The notes under the pieces: generated by a model
Told to the model about the DNA's origin: nothing
Database searches by the model: none
What the model saw: the letters and a program-made list of their open reading frames with translations, nothing else
Source: Brachyspira murdochii
GTDB lineage: Bacteria > Spirochaetota > JAAYUW01
Length of the DNA: 64,000 bases
Direction of reading: 5' to 3'
NCBI GenBank assembly: GCA_020722965.1
Contig: DYJT01000001.1
Location: 41,416 to 105,415, forward strand
Program-made: the position numbers and the translations under genes
Part shown: in pieces, positions 9,943 to 20,774 of the stretch
Position numbering within the stretch: the first letter of the stretch is position 1
Layout: each line of letters opens with the position of its first letter

Positions 9943-10376
9943 AAGAGAAATTATATTTTATCGAAGAAATTATTCCTGAAAAAATAAGATCTATTTTACA
10001 AAGTGCAAAATTTGAAAAAGAGATAATAGATTATTCAAAATCTTTACTGAAAGATTCTATTAAAACTCATTGTAAGCCAATATATATAAACAATAAAAAA
10101 TTGATCATAGCAGTTGATAATCCTATATGGGCGAATGAATTAATGAATTATAAACAACATTTTTTAAGTTTGATCAATAAAAGGTTCAATAATTATCTTA
10201 TTGATTTAAATCCTAAATTTCTTCCAAAATATTTTATCGAAAAGAAAAAAGACCAAAAACTCAGCCAAGAGGAGAAAACATTTATCGAAGAACAATTAAA
10301 AATGGTTGAAGATATTCGATTAAAGGATAGTCTTTATAATTTAATTGAAACCTTTATTATTGTTGATAAAAAATAA
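9939..10376 (+). CDS. DUF721 / DciA-like protein (putative replicative helicase loader)
   Basis: 145 aa; DUF721-like core LIIAVDNPIWANELMNYKQHFLSLINK; recF-DUF721-gyrB is the conserved context of DciA (e.g. Mycobacterium Rv0004, Treponema TP0004); overlaps recF by ATGA. Confidence 0.55.
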   Translation: MKEKLYFIEEIIPEKIRSILQSAKFEKEIIDYSKSLLKDSIKTHCKPIYINNKKLIIAVDNPIWANELMNYKQHFLSLINKRFNNYLIDLNPKFLPKYFIEKKKDQKLSQEEKTFIEEQLKMVEDIRLKDSLYNLIETFIIVDKK

Positions 10377-10410
10377 TCATCATGTAATTTACAAATTAGC
10401 GAGGAGAAAA

Positions 10411-12342
10411 GTGTCAGATAATAAATATACTGGTAAAAATATTAAATTTTTAAAATCTATTGAACATGTTAGATTAAGACCCGGTATGTATATAGGAAAT
10501 ACATCTACAAAGGGTTTACATCATCTTGTATATGAAATAGTTGATAATTCAATAGATGAAGCTATAGCTGGGTATTGTACATCTATAAAAGTAGAGATTA
10601 ATGATGATCACGAGGTTTCTATTGAAGATAATGGAAGAGGAATACCTGTAGATATTGTAGATAAAGGGGATGAAAAGGTTTCTGCACTTGAACTTGTCTT
10701 AACTGAATTATTCACAGGTGGAAAGTTTGATAATGTCGCTTACAAAGTATCTGGCGGTCTACATGGAGTTGGTCTTTCGGTAGTCAATGCCTTATCTGAA
10801 TATATTAAAGTCTGGGTTTTTAGAGATGGTGGAGAGTATTTTATCGAATGTCAAAAAGGGATTCCAATAGATAAAACCAAAAAGATAGCAAATTCTAACA
10901 AAAGAGGGACTAAAATAGTTTTTAAACCGGATAAAGAGATATTTAAAAATACAGAATTTGAGTACTTAATTTTACGAAATAGATTTGAAGAATTATCCTA
11001 CTTAAATAATAAGATTTCTATTCAATTTATTTTTAAACCAGAAAACAAATTAGATCTTTTTGAAAATCCAGGCGGAATTGTCGATTATGTCAAATTCTTA
11101 AATAATGAGAATAAAAATATAATTAATGAAACATTGTATTTTAAAAATGAATATAAATTAGAAAACAATAAGCTTGTTGAAATAGAACTTGCATTTACTT
11201 ATAACGATACCGATGATGAGATATTGTATTCATTTGTTAATAATATCAGAACTTATGAAGGTGGAATGCATGTTATAGGATTCAAAAATTCTCTTACAGA
11301 GATATTTGATAATGTTTTTGAAAATTCAAAATTAAAGGCAAATTATAAAGATATAGGTATTTCTCCATCCAAAGAGATTGATTCTGGTCTTGTTGCAATT
11401 ATTGCTTTAAAAATGCAAGATCCACAATTTGAAGGACAGACTAAAGAAAAACTTGGGAATGAATATATAAAAAAATTAGTTAACACCGAAATTAGTAATT
11501 GGTTGAAAGAAGAAGTAAGTAAAAGAGAAAATGAATTTTTAAAATTAGTAGAATTCCTTGCAAAAAAAGCTTATCTTAAGTATCAGCAAAGATTGGATAA
11601 AAAGTCAAAGGTTAAATCTTTTCTTGAATCAGATTCTCTACCTGGTAAATTAGCCGATTGTTCTGAACAAGATCCCTCCAAAAGAGAACTTTTTATAGTT
11701 GAGGGAGATTCTGCAGGTGGCTCCGCAAAACAGGGTAGAGATAGAAGATTCCAGGCTATTTTACCTCTATGGGGGAAAATGTTAAATGTTTCGAAATCAG
11801 ATTTCGAAAATGCGCAGAGTAATGAAAAATTAAAACCTATAATAGATACATTGGGTACAGGTATTGGGAATAATTTTAACATAGAATATCTAAGATACCA
11901 TAAAATAATCCTTATGGCAGATGCTGATGTTGATGGATCTCATATACGAACCTTACTTCTAACATTTTTCTACAGAGTATTGCCTGAAATAATAAATGGG
12001 GGATATGTATATTTGGCAGTCCCTCCTTTATACGCATATAAAGCAGGTAAAAAGCAGATTTATCTATATACAGATGAAGAAAAAAACCAATTTTTGACAA
12101 TAAACAAAAAAGATCAAAGCTTTGAAATTCAAAGATTCAAGGGTTTGGGAGAAATGATGCCCCAACAGTTATGGGAAACAACGATGAATCCCGAAACAAG
12201 AAAATTGATACAGGTTAAAATTACCGATGCAATTTCAGCGGACATGATGTTTGAGATTTTGATGGGAAAATATGTCAAACCAAGGTATCAATTTATTTCT
12301 AATCAATCTATCAACTTCGATAAGACAAAGTTAGATATTTAA
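10411..12342 (+). CDS. gyrB: DNA gyrase subunit B (GTG start after GAGGAG preferred; track ORF starts at 10345)
   Basis: N-terminus after the GTG reads SDNKYTGKNIKFLKSIEHVRLRPGMYIG; GHKL ATPase and TOPRIM motifs (EGDSAGG, PLWGKMLN). Confidence 0.9.
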   Translation: MSDNKYTGKNIKFLKSIEHVRLRPGMYIGNTSTKGLHHLVYEIVDNSIDEAIAGYCTSIKVEINDDHEVSIEDNGRGIPVDIVDKGDEKVSALELVLTELFTGGKFDNVAYKVSGGLHGVGLSVVNALSEYIKVWVFRDGGEYFIECQKGIPIDKTKKIANSNKRGTKIVFKPDKEIFKNTEFEYLILRNRFEELSYLNNKISIQFIFKPENKLDLFENPGGIVDYVKFLNNENKNIINETLYFKNEYKLENNKLVEIELAFTYNDTDDEILYSFVNNIRTYEGGMHVIGFKNSLTEIFDNVFENSKLKANYKDIGISPSKEIDSGLVAIIALKMQDPQFEGQTKEKLGNEYIKKLVNTEISNWLKEEVSKRENEFLKLVEFLAKKAYLKYQQRLDKKSKVKSFLESDSLPGKLADCSEQDPSKRELFIVEGDSAGGSAKQGRDRRFQAILPLWGKMLNVSKSDFENAQSNEKLKPIIDTLGTGIGNNFNIEYLRYHKIILMADADVDGSHIRTLLLTFFYRVLPEIINGGYVYLAVPPLYAYKAGKKQIYLYTDEEKNQFLTINKKDQSFEIQRFKGLGEMMPQQLWETTMNPETRKLIQVKITDAISADMMFEILMGKYVKPRYQFISNQSINFDKTKLDI

Positions 12343-12458
12343 TTATTTAAAATAAAAGTGCAATTTAATATAAACTATGTTAAAAATCAATTATTTTGCA
12401 GAAATAATTGAGAGATAATCAAACAAAGATGCAATTAATCTAAATTATTGGAGAAATT

Positions 12459-14930
12459 ATGGATAAGATAGATAATTCAAATGATAGAATTCAAATTATG
12501 CCAATTCATGAGGAGATTGAAAATTCATATCTTGTATATTCATTATCTGTTATTGTAGGTAGAGCTATTCCAGATGTTAGAGACGGATTAAAACCTGTTC
12601 ATAGAAGGATATTATATTCAATGTATGATCAAAACATTACATATGATAAAGCTACTAAAAAATGTGCAAGAATTGTTGGTGATGTTCTTGGTAAATATCA
12701 CCCACATGGCGATCAGGCTATCTACGAAACTCTTGTGAGAATGGCTCAGACTTTTTCTTTAAGATACCCATTGATTTATGGACAGGGAAATTTTGGTTCA
12801 ATAGATGGTGATACCCCTGCCGCGATGAGATACACTGAGGCTAAATTAGAGAAAATTGCCGAGGAGTTGCTAAAGGATTTAGATAAAGATACCGTTGTTT
12901 TCAGGAAAAATTTCGATGAATCACTAGAAGAACCCGAGGTATTACCTGCCCAATTTCCAAATTTACTTGTAAATGGTGCAGAAGGTATCGCGGTGGGTAT
13001 GACCACATCTATACCCCCTCACAACTTAAATGATGTTATTGATTCACTTTTATATCTAATAGATCATCCAGATGTAAAAAGTGAAGAATTGTTAGAATAC
13101 ATCAAAGGACCAGATTTCCCAACAGGTGGTACGATTATAGCCGATGATGAAATGAGAAACATGTATTTAACTGGGCACGGTAAAGTATTGATTAGGGCTA
13201 GAATTACGGTTGAAGATAAAGAAGATGGAGCTGCAATAATTATAAATGATGTTCCTTACCAGGAAAACAAATCGATGATAGTTAAAAGAATTGCTCAACT
13301 AGTTAAAGAAGGTGTAATTGATGAAATATCAAATCTGAGAGATGAGTCTGATCAAAGAGGGATAAGAATTCTTGTAAAGGTAAAAAAGTCTAAAAAACCA
13401 GAAGTTGTAATAGCAAAATTATACAAATATACAACTTTACAAAAATACTACAATGCAAACTTTATTGCAATACACGAAACCGAACCAAAGGTTTATGACT
13501 TAAAAGAATTATTAAAAGATTATTTTAATTTTAAGAAAAAAATATTCATCAATAGATATAATTTCTTACTAAAAAAAGCTAAGGATAGATTACATATTTT
13601 AGAAGGTCTATTAATTGCACTTAATAATATAGACAAAATAATTTCAACTATAAGGAAGTCTGAAGATACACCTACCGCTAAAAATTCTCTGATGACATTA
13701 TTTGGATTATCGAAGATTCAGGCAGAAGCCATTTTGGATATGCGCCTTCAAAAATTAACCAATCTTGAAAGTTATAAGATAAAAGAAGAACATCAACAAT
13801 TGATAAAAGAGATAGAAAGGATTGAATCAATATTAAAGGATGAAATATCAATAAATAGTGAAATTAAAAGAGAATTAATAAAAGTAAAAGAGAATTTTGG
13901 CGATGAAAGGAAAACCAAGATTTTATATGGCATGAAAAGTGAGGAATTTTCTCAGGATGTAATAAAAGAAGAAGTAGCCGTAATTTTAACGAAAGATGGT
14001 TATATTAAAAGAGTTTCATCGACTAAGTTTAAAATGTTAAATAGAGGGTCTAAAGGACAAAAAGGAGTTCAATTACAAGAAAACGATACTGTTAAAACTA
14101 TTTTACATGGTTACACCACGGATAATCTTGTGTTCATAACATCTAAAGGAAGATCTTATCATTTAATGATCAATGATCTTCCAGATTCTGAATTCAGGCA
14201 TCATGGAGAGAATATTTCATCCTTCATAAAACTTGATAAAGAAGAGGTAGTGAATTCCATTAATATCGTAAACGAATTTCCAAATGATTCTTATTTTGTT
14301 TTCATTACAAGAAAAGGAATTATCAAAAAGATGGAATTAGAACTTATTAGCACGAGAAAAAGCACAGGTATAACCTGTATTAGATTATCTGAAAACGACA
14401 TAGTTGTTGATTCTATTATAATGAAGAATCATGAAGAGGTAATAATTGTTACTGCTTTTGGTTATATCAGTCGATTTTCTATAGATGCAATAAATGATAT
14501 AGGTAGAACAGCAATGGGGGTTAAAGGTATATCATTAAGTACTGGTGATTATGTTGTTAATATGACAAAAGCCGAAGAAAATAAACATATATTGATAGTA
14601 TCTGAAAAAGGATATGCAAAAAGAATACCTCACAATCAAATTCGTCTCACAAATAGAGGGGTTAAAGGAGTTTTATGTACCTCTAATAGAGAGAAATCTG
14701 GTAAGATTCTCGCTGTTACTAATGTTTCAGAAGATGATGCGATATTGCTGATTACAAAAAAAGGGAAAACATTCAAGACTCTTATCTCAAAAATAAAGAT
14801 ACAGAATAGAAATACTCTGGGAATTAGATTATTGAGTCTTGATAATAATGATCTATTGTCAGATATTTCGAAAATATCTATTTCAGACGAAGAGGATGAC
14901 ACATTATTAGAGCCTGAAATTAAAGATTAA
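12459..14930 (+). CDS. gyrA: DNA gyrase subunit A
   Basis: 823 aa; active-site region AAMRYTEAKL and a QRDR-like region; C-terminal beta-pinwheel repeats. Confidence 0.95.
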   Translation: MDKIDNSNDRIQIMPIHEEIENSYLVYSLSVIVGRAIPDVRDGLKPVHRRILYSMYDQNITYDKATKKCARIVGDVLGKYHPHGDQAIYETLVRMAQTFSLRYPLIYGQGNFGSIDGDTPAAMRYTEAKLEKIAEELLKDLDKDTVVFRKNFDESLEEPEVLPAQFPNLLVNGAEGIAVGMTTSIPPHNLNDVIDSLLYLIDHPDVKSEELLEYIKGPDFPTGGTIIADDEMRNMYLTGHGKVLIRARITVEDKEDGAAIIINDVPYQENKSMIVKRIAQLVKEGVIDEISNLRDESDQRGIRILVKVKKSKKPEVVIAKLYKYTTLQKYYNANFIAIHETEPKVYDLKELLKDYFNFKKKIFINRYNFLLKKAKDRLHILEGLLIALNNIDKIISTIRKSEDTPTAKNSLMTLFGLSKIQAEAILDMRLQKLTNLESYKIKEEHQQLIKEIERIESILKDEISINSEIKRELIKVKENFGDERKTKILYGMKSEEFSQDVIKEEVAVILTKDGYIKRVSSTKFKMLNRGSKGQKGVQLQENDTVKTILHGYTTDNLVFITSKGRSYHLMINDLPDSEFRHHGENISSFIKLDKEEVVNSINIVNEFPNDSYFVFITRKGIIKKMELELISTRKSTGITCIRLSENDIVVDSIIMKNHEEVIIVTAFGYISRFSIDAINDIGRTAMGVKGISLSTGDYVVNMTKAEENKHILIVSEKGYAKRIPHNQIRLTNRGVKGVLCTSNREKSGKILAVTNVSEDDAILLITKKGKTFKTLISKIKIQNRNTLGIRLLSLDNNDLLSDISKISISDEEDDTLLEPEIKD

Positions 14931-17900
14931 TTAACTGAAAATTTCTTCTATATCTTCTTCAGTTAAATTCTTAAAAATATTATTTACATCCATCACTGAA
15001 TCAAAAAGCTTTTTCTTTTTTTCTTGTAATTGAAGTATTTTCTCTTCAATTGTATCTGTTGATATAAGCTTATATACATTTACGGTTTTAGTCTGTCCAA
15101 TTCTATGAGATCTGTCTATTGCTTGCATTTCGACCATAGGATTCCACCATGGATCAAATATTATTACTATGTCTGCCTCTGGTAGATTTAACCCATACCC
15201 ACCTGCTTTTAAACTTATTAAAAAAACTGGAATATCTGTTTCCCTAAATTTCCTTACTTCTTCCTGCCTTTTATTTTCAGGAGTTGAACCATCAAGATAA
15301 GAATATTTAAAATCAAGGGATTTTATCTCTTTTTCAATTATAGAAAGCATTTTGGTAAATTGGGAAAAGATGATTATCTTATGTCCAGAATCGATTGATT
15401 CAATAAGTATTTCTTTTAATAATTCCATTTTGCCTGAAACTTCTTTTTCTAAAAGTAATGAATTATTAATTAAGCCAGGATGATTAGCTATTTGCCTTAA
15501 TTTTAATAGGGCTGAAAGAATATGGATCTTAGATTTTTGAATACCATCGCTCTTAATTCTAGCCATAATATTTTTCTTAACTTCAGCCAAAATTTCGGCA
15601 TACATTGTTTTTTGCAAGTCAGAAAGATCTGATTTAGAAATCTGGATTATCTTAGGTGGTAATTCTTTTAATACATCATCTTTTACCCTTCTTAAAACAT
15701 AAGGTGATATTCTTGCCTTCAACTCTTCCAGTCTTTCCTCAGATGAACCTTCTATATAATAATCTTTGAAAGTTTTAAATTTACCTAAAATCATAGGAGA
15801 AACAAAAGAGAAAATAGACCATAATTCGGTTAAATTATTTTCAATAGGTGTTCCAGTAAGAACAAACCTATGATTTCCTTTAAGTTGTTTTACAGCATTT
15901 GAAACTAAAGTATTGGGGTTTTTAATATGGTTTGCTTCATCAAGAACGATAACCTCAAAATCATATAATTCATAAAGCTCTATATCATTTCTAATCAATG
16001 AATAAGAAGTTATTGCAATCTCATATCTGTTTATATGGGATATTGCACTTTTTCTTTCGCCGATATTTCCTTTTATTGTAATTATTTTAGTGCCTGGAAA
16101 GAATTTATTGATTTCAGTTTCCCAATTAAATAAAAGAGAAGTTGGGCAGATTATCAATGATGGCTTAGCAGAGTCTAGACTTTTAATAAAAGTAAGAACC
16201 TGCAAAGTCTTACCAAGACCCATATCATCTGCTAAGATACCCCCAAAATTAAATTCTTTAAGGAAATGAAACCAATAAAAACCAAACTTTTGATAACCCC
16301 TTAATATATCCTTGATTTCTGCTGGGATTGTTACTTTTTTCTTAAAGGTCGAAACATTTTGATTCTTTAAAAGTTCATCCCTCATATTTATAAATTTTTC
16401 TATTTTAGAGGGTAAATTAAGTGTGATTTTCGTTTCGGGGGAAAAATCTGTAATCTTTTTTATTTCGTCATACAAATATATAAAATGACCAACATGAAAT
16501 ACAGTTATAAATTGTTCACTTAACTTTTTTACACTTAACGCTATCGAGTATAAAAGACTTTTTAACTGTCTTATTTCATTATGATTTTCTATTGCAGTTG
16601 TTGTTCCTTGAATTTCTATGAATCTTTTATTAGAATAAATCTTATCTATAGATTCTGAATTTATTTTGGTGCCATTTGTTAAATAATAATATTCATGGAT
16701 TTTCATCGTATAGATATCTTCTTCATCAAGCTCAAAATCAAGATCTACTGTAATATAGTTCTTTTCAATCATTATCTTTTTAAATTCTTCTGTAAAAAAA
16801 ACTTCCCCTTCTTGCTTTAATTTAGGCAAGCCTTCTTCTAAAAATGTTTTAAACTTGATCTTATCTACTTGAACTAAATTATTTTCATTTAATACAAAAT
16901 TGTACTGTTTAAGTATTAAAAAAATCTTTTTTTCTTGTAAGAGATTTCTTTTACAAACGAAATATTTATTGTCTTTAAATAATGTTATATAAATTTTATC
17001 AGGCGAGCCAAAGGGGAAATCATAAATAAATGGAGAATTATCATTACAATTGATTAAAAGTTTTGGTCTAATAATTATATTTCCATTATAATCACATTCA
17101 AAATAATAAGATTGATTTTTAACATTCTCTAATTCAATTGTCCCTTTAAAATCAATATTAAACGAATGGGTTATTTTTGGAATTACATCATAATAAAAAT
17201 CTGCAATTTCCGATTGATTCAAAATTATTGAATCATTTATTAAAAAATTCCATACAGACTCAGGTAATTTTATCCTTAATGGATATAAAACATCATCCAA
17301 CATTAACCATTGATGAAAATTACCATCGATTATTTTTATTTTTTTATCAAATTTGACATTAACTACACCATTAATATCAGTATATCTAATTATCAAATTA
17401 GGTTTAAAATAATCTTTTGATATAGAAAACTTTCTGTCTTTTGAGAAATATAATTCGGGGAAATCAGATATTAACTTAATAAATTGGTCTATTTTATCTT
17501 TTGGAATTAAAAAATCCTCTTCCGGAATATGTTCAAGCCAATCTTGAATTGTTTTAATTATCAATCTATCTTTCATGGGGAACAAAGTATAGTTAAAATT
17601 TCTTTGCTCATCCCATTTTTCATTATATGAAATGTCTGTATAAAAATTTATTAATGTGTCATTTCTATAAAAATTAATTTTAAATCTAAGTTCCTGATTA
17701 AAAAAATCTTCCATTAATAAAACAAGTTTTATAGAATATTTCTCTGAAATTCGATGTATAGATTTAAAAAAACGTTGTTTGGATAAATCTCTTTTATAGT
17801 TTATAAAATTAACTTCATTTAAACTGTTATCTTCATTCAGAAAAATATGACTGTCATTGATAAATTTGAAAAGCAAAGCTGCACGATGTGAACAAAAATC

Positions 17901-18134
17901 ACCAAAATCCTCACAAGTACAAAAAGAAGTCGAGAAAGATGCTTGTGGTAAATTAATTAAAACCTCTGGGGAAAAAGATTTGTCATTAATTATTATAGTG
18001 CCTTTTAATAAAAGGGAATCCTTTGATAACTTCTGAATATCAAAATCTTTCAGGTAGTTTTTATTAAAATAATTTTCTCCGGTTTCAACTATAATCTTCT
18101 CTTCTATTGAATCAAAAATACTGATGTCAAACAA
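14931..18134 (-). CDS. SNF2-family helicase with N-terminal SWIM zinc finger
   Basis: 1067 aa; SWIM CxCx(n)CxH at CTCEDFGDFCSHRAALLF; SNF2 ATPase motifs ILADDMGLGKT and DEANHIKN; helicase-C motif DRSHRIGQ. Confidence 0.8.
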   Translation of the reverse strand: MFDISIFDSIEEKIIVETGENYFNKNYLKDFDIQKLSKDSLLLKGTIIINDKSFSPEVLINLPQASFSTSFCTCEDFGDFCSHRAALLFKFINDSHIFLNEDNSLNEVNFINYKRDLSKQRFFKSIHRISEKYSIKLVLLMEDFFNQELRFKINFYRNDTLINFYTDISYNEKWDEQRNFNYTLFPMKDRLIIKTIQDWLEHIPEEDFLIPKDKIDQFIKLISDFPELYFSKDRKFSISKDYFKPNLIIRYTDINGVVNVKFDKKIKIIDGNFHQWLMLDDVLYPLRIKLPESVWNFLINDSIILNQSEIADFYYDVIPKITHSFNIDFKGTIELENVKNQSYYFECDYNGNIIIRPKLLINCNDNSPFIYDFPFGSPDKIYITLFKDNKYFVCKRNLLQEKKIFLILKQYNFVLNENNLVQVDKIKFKTFLEEGLPKLKQEGEVFFTEEFKKIMIEKNYITVDLDFELDEEDIYTMKIHEYYYLTNGTKINSESIDKIYSNKRFIEIQGTTTAIENHNEIRQLKSLLYSIALSVKKLSEQFITVFHVGHFIYLYDEIKKITDFSPETKITLNLPSKIEKFINMRDELLKNQNVSTFKKKVTIPAEIKDILRGYQKFGFYWFHFLKEFNFGGILADDMGLGKTLQVLTFIKSLDSAKPSLIICPTSLLFNWETEINKFFPGTKIITIKGNIGERKSAISHINRYEIAITSYSLIRNDIELYELYDFEVIVLDEANHIKNPNTLVSNAVKQLKGNHRFVLTGTPIENNLTELWSIFSFVSPMILGKFKTFKDYYIEGSSEERLEELKARISPYVLRRVKDDVLKELPPKIIQISKSDLSDLQKTMYAEILAEVKKNIMARIKSDGIQKSKIHILSALLKLRQIANHPGLINNSLLLEKEVSGKMELLKEILIESIDSGHKIIIFSQFTKMLSIIEKEIKSLDFKYSYLDGSTPENKRQEEVRKFRETDIPVFLISLKAGGYGLNLPEADIVIIFDPWWNPMVEMQAIDRSHRIGQTKTVNVYKLISTDTIEEKILQLQEKKKKLFDSVMDVNNIFKNLTEEDIEEIFS

Positions 18135-18305
18135 ATTAATACCTCCAATTGAAAAAAGAATAAAAAAATAGTTTATAAAATTGTTATACTTAAAAATTCA
18201 AATTTGTCAACTATTCTTTAAATTCTTTAGATTTAATTTTTTTCTACTCCCAAAGTTTTCTTTACAATAATTAATTTTAATTATAATTATATCGGAGAGA
18301 TATTT

Positions 18306-20120
18306 ATGTATGAGTTTGATATTATTATTTGTGGTGGTGGTCATGCGGGTCTTGAAGCAGCTTATGTATCTTCTAAATTTAATTTAACGGTAGGTCTTTT
18401 TTCTTTGAATCATGATACTATTGGACAGATGTCATGTAATCCATCCATAGGCGGTATCGCAAAAGGTATAATTGTTAGGGAACTAGATGCCTTAGGTGGT
18501 TTGATGCCTGAAATTGCAGATAAAGCAGCAATTCAGTATAAAAAACTAAACACAAAAAAAGGACCTGCAATGCAAGCTATCAGGCAACAGACAGATAAAT
18601 ATCTTTATTCACGATTGATGCAAGATAAAATCGGTTTAATTCAAAATATTTTGATAGTTCAAGATGAAATAACAAATTTTGAAAAAGTAGATGATCACTT
18701 TCTGGTTTTTACGGCAAGGGAAATGCAGTATAGATGTAATGCCTTAATAATAACTACTGGAACATTTTTAAATGGGCAAATATATATAGGTAAATATAAA
18801 ACCTCTTCTGGTAGGATAGGTGAATTTGCATCTATAGGTTTGGCTAATAGTTTATTGTCAAAAAATATTGAATTAAAAAGATTTAAAACCGGAACACCTG
18901 CTAGAGTAAAAAAAAATTCAATAAATTATGAAAAGTTGATCTTTCAAGAAGGCGAGAAAAAGCCAATATTTTTTTCACTTAAATCTCAATTAAATAATAT
19001 AGATGTATTACCCATACTTCCATGTTATATTGCCCACACGAATAAATTAACAAAAAAAATTATTATTGAGCACAAATCAGAAATACCTCTTTATTCTGGT
19101 TTAATCCACGGGATTGGGCCAAGGTATTGCCCATCATTTGAAGATAAGGTTTTTAAATTTGCCGATAGGGATTCACACCAGATCTTTGTTGAGCCAGAAG
19201 GAGTATCTTCTGAAACGATGTATTTAAATGGAATCTCAACATCTTTAGCCGAAAAATTTCAGCTGGATTTATTAAGGACCATTGAAGGATTTGAAGAAAT
19301 AGAGATAGTTAAGCCCGCTTATGCTGTTGAATATGATGTTATTGATCCCACAAACCTAAAAAATACATTGGAATATAAAAGAATTGAAAATCTGTTTTTT
19401 GCTGGTCAAATTAATGGTACTTCAGGTTATGAAGAAGCTGCCGGGCAGGGTTTTATAGCAGGTATTAATGCTGCCTTAAAAATAAAAAAATTAGATCCAT
19501 TTATTCTTGGTAGAAATGAATCTTATATTGCTGTGATGATTGATGATCTTGTAAATAAAGGTGTTGATGAACCCTATAGATTATTCACAGCCAGGGCAGA
19601 GGCAAGACTCGAGATAAGAAATGATAATGCCTATGAACGAATGTTTAAATATTCAAAGACTTATAATTTGCTAGATAAAAATATTGAAGAATATGTAGAA
19701 TCGCAATTGAAATTTAAAAATGAATTTAAATCAAAGTTGTTTCACATATCATTAGGTGAGGATAATAAAATAAAATTAAATCTTGCAATAAAACAAGACA
19801 AAATCAGTTATGAAGATTTTTATGAAAAATTTTGCGACAAAAAATTCGATAAAGAATTCGCCGAGTCTTTGTATATAGATGTAAAATATGAAGGTTATAT
19901 TCAACATGAAAGATTATTACAAGAAAGGATTATAAGTAGAAAAGATCTTGATATACCTTTTGATTTTGATTATAATTTGATTGACAATCTCTCATTTGAA
20001 ACAAAGCAGAGATTAAATAAGATAAAGCCAAAGAGATTTTCCGAATTGATGAACATCAAAGGGCTAAAGCCGGTAGATATAGTAAACATAGATAATGCTT
20101 TGAGAAAAAATAAAAAATAA
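18306..20120 (+). CDS. mnmG: tRNA uridine 5-carboxymethylaminomethyl modification enzyme MnmG (GidA)
   Basis: 604 aa; FAD-binding N-terminus [15 protein letters not shown]; followed immediately by rsmG. Confidence 0.9.
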   Translation: MYEFDIIICGGGHAGLEAAYVSSKFNLTVGLFSLNHDTIGQMSCNPSIGGIAKGIIVRELDALGGLMPEIADKAAIQYKKLNTKKGPAMQAIRQQTDKYLYSRLMQDKIGLIQNILIVQDEITNFEKVDDHFLVFTAREMQYRCNALIITTGTFLNGQIYIGKYKTSSGRIGEFASIGLANSLLSKNIELKRFKTGTPARVKKNSINYEKLIFQEGEKKPIFFSLKSQLNNIDVLPILPCYIAHTNKLTKKIIIEHKSEIPLYSGLIHGIGPRYCPSFEDKVFKFADRDSHQIFVEPEGVSSETMYLNGISTSLAEKFQLDLLRTIEGFEEIEIVKPAYAVEYDVIDPTNLKNTLEYKRIENLFFAGQINGTSGYEEAAGQGFIAGINAALKIKKLDPFILGRNESYIAVMIDDLVNKGVDEPYRLFTARAEARLEIRNDNAYERMFKYSKTYNLLDKNIEEYVESQLKFKNEFKSKLFHISLGEDNKIKLNLAIKQDKISYEDFYEKFCDKKFDKEFAESLYIDVKYEGYIQHERLLQERIISRKDLDIPFDFDYNLIDNLSFETKQRLNKIKPKRFSELMNIKGLKPVDIVNIDNALRKNKK

Positions 20121-20774
20121 TTGTTACACGTGAAACATATGAATATAGATAAAAATGATTTTATTGAAATAATTAAAAAAAATAAAGATAAATTCGATAA
20201 ATTTCAGAATTTGATACTTTCACATAATGATATTGGTCTTACAAGTATCGATAAAGAAGATTTCTTTGAGAAACACTTTTTTGATTCATTGACCGTTTTG
20301 CCAATTATCGAAGAAATTCGAAAGAATTCAAAAGCAAATTTAGCAATAGGCGATGTTGGTGCAGGAGCTGGTTTCCCATCTATACCCTTAATGATTGCAG
20401 ATCGATCATTGGAAATAGATCTTATTGAATCAAATCATAAGAAAGCCGAATTTTTAAAAAATGTAATTAACGAGCTAGAACTGATTAATGGTAATGTGAT
20501 ATGTTTAAATGTAAGGGAAGTGAAGATAAAATATGATATTATACTATTTAGAGCTTTTTCCTCCCTTTCTCATTTTTTTAAGGTTTCAAAGGCAATATTT
20601 AAAGAAAAATCAACAATTATAGCGATGAAAGGCAAAATTTCTGAGATTGAAAATGAACTTTCGATTGTCAAAAATGAAAAAATATGGAATTATATTACCG
20701 ATATGAAAATTCATAATGTGAACGGATTTTTGTGGGAAAGAAATATTGTGGAGATGGTATGGGAAAAATTGTAA
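20121..20774 (+). CDS. rsmG: 16S rRNA m7G527 methyltransferase RsmG (GidB); start uncertain (TTG at 20121 or ATG at 20139)
   Basis: 217 aa; SAM motif GDVGAGAGFP; conserved mnmG-rsmG pairing. Confidence 0.75.
   Translation: MLHVKHMNIDKNDFIEIIKKNKDKFDKFQNLILSHNDIGLTSIDKEDFFEKHFFDSLTVLPIIEEIRKNSKANLAIGDVGAGAGFPSIPLMIADRSLEIDLIESNHKKAEFLKNVINELELINGNVICLNVREVKIKYDIILFRAFSSLSHFFKVSKAIFKEKSTIIAMKGKISEIENELSIVKNEKIWNYITDMKIHNVNGFLWERNIVEMVWEKL

Noticed and set aside
14931-18134. SNF2 helicase as part of a DISARM-, BREX- or other defence system
   Set aside because: It is a single gene wedged between gyrA and mnmG with no adjacent methyltransferase, PLD nuclease, DUF1998 or other defence partners; treated as a housekeeping SWIM-SNF2 protein.
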